64,000 nucleotides of DNA from Geosiphon pyriformis uo1 (lineage: Eukaryota > Fungi > Glomeromycota), in assembly GCA_016748015.1 (NCBI GenBank), contig JAAOMT010000762.1:124001-188000 (forward strand). Direction: 5' to 3'. The notes beneath the pieces were generated by a model, which saw only the letters and a program-made list of their open reading frames with translations, had not been told where the DNA came from and did no database searches. Shown here one piece after another: positions 26,321-37,395 of this stretch. Within the stretch, counting starts at the first letter, position 1. Each line of letters begins with the position of its first letter. The translations under genes were made by a program, and so were the position numbers.

Positions 26321-29300
26321 TAAAGAGATTGAAGAGCATGATGTATTGTTTGGAATGTGAATTGGAATTTGAATTATCATAATTTTCATTGTCATTTTGA
26401 ATAGAACTGGAACTATTATTTTCATTGTTATCATTGTCAGAGTTTGAATTGGAATTAAACAATGATTCCAATTCTGATTCACAGCTGCTGATTGGTTCTT
26501 CTTCCTTTTGGATTATGTAGATCATGTGTAGTGGTGAATTGTAAATGAGGTCACACTTATTACAATATTAAAAGTCATAGAGAATTAAACAATGTTAATA
26601 TAATCAAGTATTCAACTGCTTTAAATACTGCTCTTGTTCTTTTCTAGTGGATGCTAGTTGCTAGTAGTGTTCATAAAATTCTTCCAAATTGTCCTCAATG
26701 TTGCCAAAAACGTCAAAAGTTTGGATGTATTCAGGTTTAGGAAGAGATAAAGGGTTGTTTTTGATTTTCAGTAGTTTACTGGTTGTCATGTTTTCTGCTT
26801 TTGCACTTACCATTCTCCAAATTTTATGTTTGTCGTGGAAATATTTTTTTAATTATCACAATGCTCATATTTAAATATTGTCAATTGGTGTTCTCTTGCA
26901 TACTCAGTCATTGATTAAAATTGTATATTAACACATTTCATCACATGTTCTTTCATGCTCAGGAATGTTATTCCACATTTTTTTGTTGGGCAAAATAATT
27001 CCACATGCAAGGCACAGTTCATTGTTCTATTTTCCCTGTTGTTTTAGTCATCCAAAGCATTTTATGATGCATGGGCAACAGTAAAATTTTGTTGCTATGG
27101 AGTATTCTTTGTTGTTGTTACAGCATGCACCCATTAATGACAATTTCTTATCACAATTGACACATATGAGTTTTGGTTGGCAATAGGTGGATTGTTGTGA
27201 TATAGTATAGGTGTAGGAGTAATAAGTAGTAGTGTTGGTGAGTGTTGTTTCTTTCTTCTTCTCTTTTCTTTTTTTCTTATTGCTTTTTTTCCTCTTCCAA
27301 GTTATTAGCTCTTTCTGGTTATTGTCAGTTTTTTAGACTTGGTTGACATTTCAAGTAAGTTCTTTTTTTTGCTTTCTTTTTCTATTGTTGTTCTAAAAAA
27401 GTATTGGTGATAGCTTGTTGTGGTCTTCATTGGCCCATGAAACTTGATAAGCTTTCCAGATGAGTTTCTCTTCTTCTTCCTTGAATTTGATTAGTGGTGC
27501 TAATGTGGTACTGTTTGGTTTGAAGTGGCCACACATGGCTGGCACTTTCATATATTGTCCATCCTAACTGAGCTGTAGTTTTTGCATGTTCTAGTCAAAC
27601 ACAGCATTGGTTTTGATTAGCCAGTCATTATTAACTAATGCTTGGTACTGTGTAGCTTCTATTACTAAAACTTTGATTAGAGTAATAATACTATTGACTT
27701 CAAAAAGAAAATCATCAATCTTACCAATAGGAGTTTTGGTCGCTTCATTAGCCATTATTATTCTGGTGCTGGTAGTGCAATTAACTTGGCAACCTAATTG
27801 GTCCATGAGTTGTTATATAATAATGCTGTCTGCTAATCTATTATTCAGACTCAGTTTAATGGTCTGTCCATCAACTTTGGCATTGGTGTACATTGCAGTA
27901 ATGAGTTTGGTGTTGAGTGCAGCTCCACTAAAAAGTAAAACTGGTATCATTTACTCAAATTTGAAGGGAAAAATTGCTGCTAGAGTTTTATTGTCAGTAA
28001 TAGTAGCTAACAGTAAGTTGCTGGTAAGTAATTGTTTTTGGGTGGCTTCCAGGTTATTGAGTAAGGCGTTTTCTGGGGTTACCAGAAGGCTTAAATAGTG
28101 TTGCAAATTTGGGTTTTGGGTGTGCTCAGTTCCTGAATTCCAAGAATGTGATCCTGTTAATTGGTGGGAGGAGCTGGGGATTAGCTAATAAACAACCATT
28201 GCTAATCTTCAGTTTTGAGTAATTCTTAATCTGAGACTTCTTGCTGTTATCTGAACTGGGTTTAGTGGCTGTGTTTGAAGTTGCTGTGATTTATAATTTA
28301 CTGGTGACTGTGGTTAATATATAATTTGTGGCTGCAGTTAATAAATTGACAGTTAATATACAAGTGGTTAATACATTGGCTGTTGTGTCAGTGGCAAATA
28401 AGTTGGTTGATTTGGAGCTGAGTTTAAGTGATAATTCGGAGTTTAAAACTGGCAATTGGGATTTCAATATTGATTTCCCAATTGTTGGTTATTTAGACAT
28501 TAGTGGCAATTAATTTGTAAGTGTCTTTGTCTACCACAATAGTGGCAAGTATGCATTTCCTGTTGTTACTATTAATTGGTTGATAATGCTGAATGCAGTT
28601 GATTTTGGAAACAATTGGAGTTTCTTTGGTTGCTGCATTATTGTAGTAGTTAATAAATTACCTGATTGTTGTTAGCTAAGTATCTCTCTAATTTTTAATG
28701 GATTGAATTACTGAATTGCTTCAATTTAGAATCCAAGTCAGATAATCTATTTATTACTAAATTTACTGCTTGGGTGTGGTTAGCTTTGAGTTCAGCTGTT
28801 TCAAAATTTCTGGCATTTGTAACAATGACTTGAAAATCTGTTGGATACATTAAACATATGCATTAAAAGATGCTACTATACAGGCCTCTAATGAATTGGT
28901 TTAGGATTTGTGGTGCTGTAAAATAATCAGCCTGTATTGCCTGGATTTGGCGCAAATTTTTGTGGAAGCATTCCAAGTAAGTGGTAACTGCTTCTGTGTT
29001 TTTTGTTTAATAGTAGTGAAAGTATTTGCTAGCCAATTAATACTATTATTGTTGCTAAAATATTGTAGAAATGCAAGCTTAAATGCATTAAAATCCTGAG
29101 GTTTGTTGGCTAAGCTTTGATACCATAAGTCAGTGGTATCCTAGAGAAAATATGAGATGGCTTGTATGGCTCTGGCATCATTTTATCTGTTGGCTGTAAT
29201 GGCTTTTTCAACATTATTTAGCCCCACCTAGGCATCATCTTCTTTGTCAGTGAATTTTTTGATTTTGGCTATCAGTATGTATACCATTTGTTGTTGTAGT

Positions 29301-30243
29301 TGTGGCAGTTGTTGGAGTGGTTGCTGCAATTGTTGTTAAGATAGTAATTGTGGCTGTTGCTGTTGTTGTTTGTCGATTGGTAAAGCTGGTGGTGGATTAA
29401 TCATGATTACTGAAGGTAAGTTTTTCTGAGTAATAATATTAGGATTTTAATTGTTCTGATTTTTTGGAGTTTGATTAACTGGAGTTTCAATTTCTGAATT
29501 TTCTAGGATCAGGTTTTGTTTGCTAATTTCCTGATTACTGTCTTTTTTTTCTTTGGAGTCAGTTATTTCTTAAGAACTAACAGCTCCGAAATTTGGTTGT
29601 GGTAAAAGTGATCAAATTTCTGATGGTATTGGGAATCATAATTTAAATTCCTCAAAGTAATTGCTGTACATTCCTAGTAACTCTGTTTTTTTTGTTTGCT
29701 TTGAAATGGGATTCTGTTCAGTAGTGCTGTTTTACTTGCTGTAGCTGTGTTAATTATATTAATAGTACTTCTGGGTATGTGGTAATATAATAAATTAGCA
29801 GATGAATCAAATCTTTGTTTCTTCTAAGTGGGTAATTGGATTTGTTTTGGTGTTTCTACTGGTATTTGTAATCTTTTTTTTTTATTGGCAAAAGTAATAA
29901 GAAATCTTTGCTTGGTGTATTTTTCAATTTCTCTGTTTATTTCTGTGATTAAGGATACAAATAAGTAGTTTTGTGAAAGGGTAGTGCTTTGGAGTAGTTT
30001 ATTGAAAAAATTGTTGAAAGTGGATTTTGGATCTCCTTGGCCTCCCAAGTGATATACTATTCTTTCATTGATGTAGCAATTAAAAGCTGATTCTGTTTGC
30101 CAACTATTATTTGTTAATCCGAGATAGGTGTGATAATATTAGAATAAAAATTTTGCAAATCCCAAATGGTTTGTTCTTATTTCTTCGAATTCTGCCACTG
30201 TTTGGATGGATGTTATTGGTGCTAGTTCTCTGTAAGATTATAT

Positions 30244-30259
30244 CTTACAGGAAGCACCA
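30244..30259 (-). promoter_or_regulatory. Primer-binding site of A1 (TGGTGCTTCCTGTAAG)
   Basis: Starts with TGG 2 nt inside the 5' LTR end; complementary to a tRNA 3' end ...GAGCACCA. Confidence 0.8.
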
Positions 30260-30261
30260 AA

Positions 30262-31161
30262 TGTTACAAGTGATTATTTGGGGTTTTAAAGCAAATAACA
30301 AACCTGTAACTTGGTACTCAATTAATCTATTAGTGTTAATATCTGAAGGTTTTTGTGATCTGAAGGTTTTGTTGTGAAGTTCTTTATATAATGGACAGAG
30401 ATTCAATGGTAATTGTAGTAGTTTTTTGGAATTACAATTCTGTCCAATTTCTTTTTCAGCTTGGTGGCTGGATTTACTCTGGCAGTCATGTCCTTTTGAT
30501 AAGTTATCTATTAATATATATGTAATTCTACTCTTATTTCTGGGTCTTTTACTAGGCTATCCTTAACGTTAGTAATTCAGTACTTAATCTTTAATCAATT
30601 AGTAAAACCAAAAAGAAATAACAAAAGAAATAAAAAAATAAATAAAAAAAGATAAAGAAATATGCCAAGACAATTACAAGTTAGTATCTTGTCAATAGTC
30701 ATGATCAAGAGTTATTGTTCTAGTGTGGTTAAGTATCAATTACTATCAACATAAAGTATTGATAATAAGAAGTAGATTTGATATATTGAATAATTATTTA
30801 TTAATATTTGTAATGTAGAAGATTACTTAGATCAAATCTAAACTAAGAGGTCTCTTTTTTTTTTCTAATACTACCACTATATATACATAATTGATGTTCT
30901 ATGAAATCGCTTACATTTCTGAGCAATGTGCTATGATTTCTTGAGCAATGCTTATATTGCTAAGCAATATGCCCTATTTTCTAACATTGCTTCATATTGC
31001 TAAACAATATGCTGTAATTTCTGACATTGCTTTATATTGCTAAATAATATGCCATGATTTCTGACATTGCTCCATATTGCTGAACAATATGCTCATATGC
31101 TAATCACTATTCTTTTATTGGTCTACTATTTTCTATATCTGTTTTTCTTTTATGAGTAATA
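30262..31161 (-). repeat. 5' LTR of A1, with a U3 tandem array at about 30900-31100
   Basis: Aligns with 21127-21929; roughly 40-bp units like GCCATGATTTCTGACATTGCTCCATATTGCTGAACAATAT. Confidence 0.92.
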
Positions 31162-32224
31162 TCATGTTGCCTACTGTTTCTTCTGCTCCCAATTTTGCTG
31201 TTGAATCTAGGTTGGCTTTTCTGAAATTTCACTTTAGTGAACTGTCTGTTTTAATAAAGTCCTTGGTTGAGTCTGTTAATACTTTGGTTGTATTGGTTAC
31301 CAAATTGCTATTTACTCCACTTGCCATGGATGTGTTAATTAAAGAATGTGTGAATGAATTGGCTAAGCAGAATAAAGGCTTGGCTGCTATTGCCATTGTG
31401 ATGCAAAAAAGAATAACATGTCTTGAGAAAAAATGTGAACAGACCTGCTTAGAAGATAGATCAGATAATGACAACATAGTTGATAATAATGATAATGATG
31501 ATAGAGATTTTTCAGTTTATAATAATACTTTTAATATTATAATGCACTTATGGGAAGATCAGCCTTCTGAAATCAAATCCAGTTTTGACCAGACTGCTAA
31601 GTGAATAAATAATATGATTAAAAATAGTTATGAGCTTGTTAGCATTATGGGTAAGATGTATAAATTAAATATGTTTAATATATTAGGTAGCAAAAGTAGT
31701 ACTAGTGTGTAGTTAGAGCTTTCTATTTGTGGTTAGCTGTATCTTGTGATTTGTATTATTAGGTGAGCTGGCTTTATAAAAATGGTATATTACTATGAAC
31801 ATAACTAATAAACAACCAGTGTGGCTACATGTTAACAAAAAAAAAAAAAAAAAGTCGATTTTGGAGAAATCCTTGATAAATTTGCAATAGTAAGAAGCCA
31901 AACCAAGAAAAAAACATAGTTCAAGAATATTCATTAGTTGTCTAATGTTTTGAACTTTTTTAACTTTAGCTGAATCAGAGAAGATTTTATCTTTTGTAAT
32001 AAAATGACCAAAAAACTGGATGAATTGGCATCCAAAAAAAGATTTGATTGGGTTGATCTTAAGATCAGCATTTCTAAGCAGATCAAAAACCTTCTGCAAA
32101 TGTTCAAGGTGTTCATCTCAGGTTTTTGAGTAGACTATTATGTCATCTAAATAGACCAGAACAAAGTTTTTTTTTACTGATTCAAATACTTTGTCTATTA
32201 GGTATTAAAAGATAGGAGAAGCAT

Positions 32225-33062
32225 TGTTACTCATAGAATATAGGAGATATATTAGCATATAAATTAGCCAATCAAAAGTAGCCATAGTAAATGTGGAATT
32301 CCAAGATTCCTTTTAAAAGAATTGCAGGATTCTAAAAATTTCAAGATTCTTATACAAGGAATCACAGAATTCCAGAATTCCAGAATTCTTCTCAAAGGAA
32401 TCACAGAATTCCAGGAATTTTAGGATTTCTGGTGTAAAAAATTGAAGAATTAAGGAATCTCAATTATGTATATATATCAGTAGTATTAGAAGAAGAAAAG
32501 ACAGATTTTTTAGTTTAAATTTGATCTTAGCAATCTTCTATATCACAAATATCAATATAAATAATTATTTACTATATCAAATTCACTCTTTATTATTAAC
32601 ACTTCATGTTGATAGTAATTAATACTTGACCACACTAGAACAATAGCTCTTGATCATGGCTATTGATGAGATACTAACCTTTAACACCTTGGCTTATTTC
32701 TTTATTTTCTTTTATTTCTTTATTTTTTTTTGTTATTTCTTTTGTTGTGTACTAATTAATTAAAAGATTAAAGCACTGAGTTATTGATGTTAAAGATTGC
32801 CTGGTAAAAGACCCCTGCAAGTGGGTAGAACACATAAAAAAATTACAGATTACTTATCAGAGGAGTACCAGCCATCAAGCTGAAGAAAGAAATTGACAGA
32901 ATTGCAATTTTGAAAAGCTATAGATAAACAACTATTGAATCTTTGTTCATTATACAAAGAACTTAACCAAAACCTTCAGATTACTATTATTGCAAATAGC
33001 TTCTGAGCACCAAGTTATTGGTTTGTTATTTGATTAAAGACTCCAAATAATCACTTGTAATA
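32225..33062 (+). repeat. 5' LTR of A2, with a GGAATTCCAGGATTC-type U3 array at about 32295-32460
   Basis: TGTTAC start; aligns with 41332-42213. Confidence 0.92.
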
Positions 33063-36000
33063 TTTAGTGCTCCTTGTGAAGTATAATCCTACAGAGAACC
33101 AGCACTCACAAAAATCATCCAAAAGTGGCAAAATCAGAAATTATAAGAGCAAACCATTTAGGATTCACCAAATCTTTGTTTTAACAGTATAGCTAACAGT
33201 TAGAATTAAACAATAACCATTTCCCAGTAGAATTAGCTTTCAACTTTTACGTCAATGATAAAATCACAAACTGCTTAGGAGGAACAGTTAATATTAAATC
33301 CACAAGAGAAAATTTTTATATAGAATTGTTTCAACATACCAGCTTACCAAGAAATTACAGTTTCACATTAATCATCAAGGAAATCAATCAAACCATTGAA
33401 AAATACACCCAACAACAATTCTCTATTACTTATGCAGACAAAGGCAAAAGAAAATTGCAAACACCAGCAGTAACATCCAAAAAGATACAACCACCCACTT
33501 AGAAGAAGACCAGAGTTGAATCACCAACCAATCCATTATATCATTATACATTAGGAAGTGCCATCAATATCTTCTTAGCAGACGTGTTCACATCAAACAT
33601 GACATCAACCTTTGGACAATTCCCATTTCAAAGTAAACAAAAAAGAACAGAGTTATTAGAACCATATAGTAAATATTTTGAAAGATTTAAATTGCGATCA
33701 CCAATGCCATCAAAATTTCAATCACTACCATCTCAACCAGATTTTAGAACTGCAAGTCTGTGGGAAATAACAGAATCAGAAGAAAAAAAAAGTGAGGATT
33801 AAGAATTTAATTACCAAAACCTGATTTTAGAAAATCCAAAAGTTGAAACTCCAAATATTTAAACCCAGCAAATGCAAAACAATCCAAACCCCAAAACAAT
33901 TAATTAGCAAAACTTACCTCCAGTAATTGTCATTGACCAGCCACCAATTGAACTGATTATTAAGCCAATTCAATAGCAGCCACTTCAGCAACTTATTCAA
34001 CAACTGCTTCAACCACCACAACAACAACCAATTACACAAATAGCATATACACCTATTGCAAAGCTAGAAAAATTTTCTGGTAAAGAAGACAATGCCCAAA
34101 CATAGATCAACAATATCGCCAAAGCCATTACTGTTAATAACTAAGATAATACCAGAATTCTTCAAGCAATTCCCTATTTTCTTCAGGATGCTGTCAACTC
34201 ATAATATTATAGCTTAGCTTAGAAACTTCAAACATTTGATGTATTTAAATTGGAATTTTTAAGATATTTTAGTAATAACAACAGCATTAATTGCTTGGCC
34301 AACATCTTTACCACTATCAAACAGGGAGATACTGAAGCAGTTACCACTTACTTGGGATGTTTCCATTAAAATCTATGCCAAATACAAGCCATCAATGCCA
34401 ATTATTTCACCACAGCCCAGATCCTAAATCAGTTTATTTGTGGATTACACAGTAGCATTCTGCAATGCATATGGCCACTACATCCAGTCAACTTACAAGA
34501 TACAGTCACATGTGTCAAAGATTTTGAATTAGCTGAATTAAAAATTAATTATGCCCAAGCTGTAAATCTAGTAATGAATAGATCATCTGACTTGGATTTC
34601 AAACTAAAGCAATTCAGTAATTCAATCAATCAGAAAATCAAGGAATACTTAGTTGACAATCGTGCAATTTATCAACCACCACAATGATGTAATAATTTAA
34701 AAAATACAAATTGTTTCCAAAATCAGTCATGTTCACTATTATCATCCAATCAGCCATGGCAGCCAGAGATGCATGTCTGCCACCACTGTGGTAAACAAGA
34801 CCATATTCAAGCTAACTGCCATTTTTATAGTAACATATGATCGGAAAATCAATACCAAAACTCTGTTTGCAGCATTTAAACTTCACACTATTACTCAAAT
34901 CAAAACCAATATCAGCCCACTTACCTGCTAATAACACAGTAATCAATATATCAACCATCTGTATATCAACCTCCAGTTTATCAACCACAGCCATTAGTAA
35001 TTTATCAACCTCTACAACTTCAAACACTGCTTTAAAACTCCACCCAGATGACATCAGGAAACTCTAGATCCAAAGTCACCCAAAACTGGAGATTGGTAAT
35101 GGTGGTTTACCAACTGATCTCCAGTTCACCAAATCATCCATCAGGATTATGCCAGTAGAATTCGGGAGCTGAGTACACCCAAAACCCAAATTCTCAGAAC
35201 TATTTAAGTCTTCTGATAACCACAAAAGATGTCCCATCTAACAAACAGAAAACCCATCACATGCCAACACCTACTAACAATATTCTACCAGCTACCATTA
35301 CTGAAAATGAATTATTGAATGCCATCTTCCTGTTTGAACTTGAGGAATCATTAGCCACACCATTATTTAGTGGAGCTGCTCTCGAAGAAAAACCTATTAT
35401 TATCATATATACTAATGCCAAAGTTGATGATCACCCTATTAAACTGATTCTAGACAGTAGATCAGCTAGCAGTATCATCACAAGACAACTTATGAACCAA
35501 TTAGGTTGCCAAGTTGATCAAGCTGCTAGCACATGAATCATCACTGCTAATGGAGTGACCAAAACTCTGATCAGCGAGATTGATGACTTCTTTATAGAAG
35601 TCAATAGCATTATTATGCCAATCAAGGTATTAGTCATAGAAGCCACCCAATACCAAGCACTTATTGACAATGACTGGCTGTTCAAAACCAATACAATGCT
35701 TGATTGGAACATACAGGAGCTTTAATTTAGCCAGAATGGTTGACACACACATGTTTCAGCCATGTATAATCATTTTAAGACCACCAACATGTCAGCACCA
35801 CTCATTGAGTTTGAGAAAAAAGAGAAGAAACCTACCTGAGAAGCCTATTAAATATTATAGACTAAAAACAACCACAACAAGTTATCACCAATACCTTTCT
35901 GGAATGACAACAGAAAAGAAAAACAAAAGAAAAAACTTACCTGGAATGCAGACCAAGTCTGGAGAACTGACAATGATCTAAACAAATCATCAACATGAGA

Positions 36001-36954
36001 ATGGAAAGAGACAGACAAGAGAAAAAGGAAAAAACAACATCCACCAGCACCATCACTTATAATTTTCACACCTACACTATACCACAATGATTCACTTATC
36101 ACCAACCAAAGCTCATATGCATTGATTATGGCAAGAAATTGTTATCAATGGGTGCATATTGTAGTGATGACAAGGAATACCAGATGGCAACTAAGTTTTA
36201 TTGCCGCCCATGTCTCATTGAACACTTTGGAAGACCAAAGTGAGTTGAAAAATGGAATAAGTCATGCTTGGCTTGTGGAAAAACTCTCCTTGATAAAAGA
36301 ATATGGAATGACATTTCTGGGAGAGAAGAAACATACAATGAATTGTGTCAATACATGATCCTAATAAGTGACTGAATAAGAAAAAGAACACCAATAAAAG
36401 CAGTCTGAAGGAGAACAGTAAAATAGTTAGATGGATGTTCACATAATAATGACAAAATTTGGTGAATAACTCTCACCAAAATCAAAAGAGCATTATCAGA
36501 ACAAATAAGGATGATCAAAAATAACCTTTCAGAGCCCATAAAACTTGACTGGGACCCAGAACCAGTCATAAATCTCTTAGATTCAGAACAATTTCATGAA
36601 CACTACCAGAAATTAGCATCCACTAGAGAAAAACAAGAGCAACAGTTGGAAGAAATAAACACAAGACTATGTGATCATTGTTTGATCCCATGTGACTTCC
36701 AATATTATAATAAGTGTAACCTCATTTACAATCCACCACCACACATGATCTACACACTCTTGGAAGAGAAAGAACCAATCAGCAGCTGTGCATTAGAATT
36801 GGAATCAATTTTCAATTCCAATTCAAACTCTAACAATGATGATGACAAAAATAATGGTTCCAGCTTTGTTTAAAATGACAACAAAAATTATGATGATTTA
36901 AACTCCAATTTAAACCCCAAAACATACATTGCACTTCCTGATCTCACCAAAAAA

Positions 36955-37395
36955 CAGAAACTTAAATAGTTCAGCAATAATAATGAAGGTATTATGCCAG
37001 AATGTGCACATGATACTAATGTAGGATTTAATCTAAGATATTTGGGAAAAGATCCCATCAAATTGGAACTCCATTTGCACACCTGCATTGATCTCAAAAT
37101 AGCACTGGAAATTCTAGCAACAACAATGGTTCAGTTAGCATCTAGAAGTAACTTAGCCAAAAAAGGAATCAACATTAGAGAAAGAATAATTGACACAGGA
37201 TATATAGAAAATATTATTGCTATACTACAAAATGACTCAAAAAAGGCATATATCATAGATTCAAATGAAGAGATAGCACAGGCAATATTCTTGCCTCTGG
37301 TTAAAATAGCTTAATTAGTATTAGTAGAAAACCGAGAAGAATTAGGGATAACAGCAAGAGGGATACAAAAATTCAGATCCACAAGTAGAATAGAT
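36955..37395 (+). pseudogene. dUTPase domain of A2 pol
   Basis: NVGFNL, LASRSNLAKKG, IIDTGY, IAQAIF, ARGIQKFRST. Confidence 0.92.

Larger units (their letters stand above)
21127..31161 (-). mobile_element. Full-length degenerate Gypsy family A copy A1 (about 10 kb): gag, protease, Cys-rich domain, dUTPase, RT, RNase H, integrase, ORF3
   Basis: LTRs 21127-21929 and 30262-31161; PBS 30244-30259; PPT about 21930-21945; degenerate 4-bp TSD CCGT/TCAT; domain ORFs at 27591 (protease), 26079 (dUTPase), 24542 (RT), 23525 (integrase). Confidence 0.93.
19371..31853 (+). mobile_element. ORF1-only retroposon copy 2 (19371-21126 plus 31162-31853), split by Gypsy A1
   Basis: Colinear with copy 1. ORF from ATG 19418 to TAG 31712, poly(A) 31837-31853. 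Degenerate TSD AAAAAAGATGAT (19359-19370) vs AAAAAAGTCGAT (31848-31859). B2 RT frame FSKI...LNxLLRK resumes across it. Confidence 0.88.

Noticed and set aside
30900-32460. Repeat arrays resembling CRISPR or satellite DNA
   Set aside because: No unique spacers or cas genes, eukaryotic context, and the arrays are duplicated within paired LTRs.
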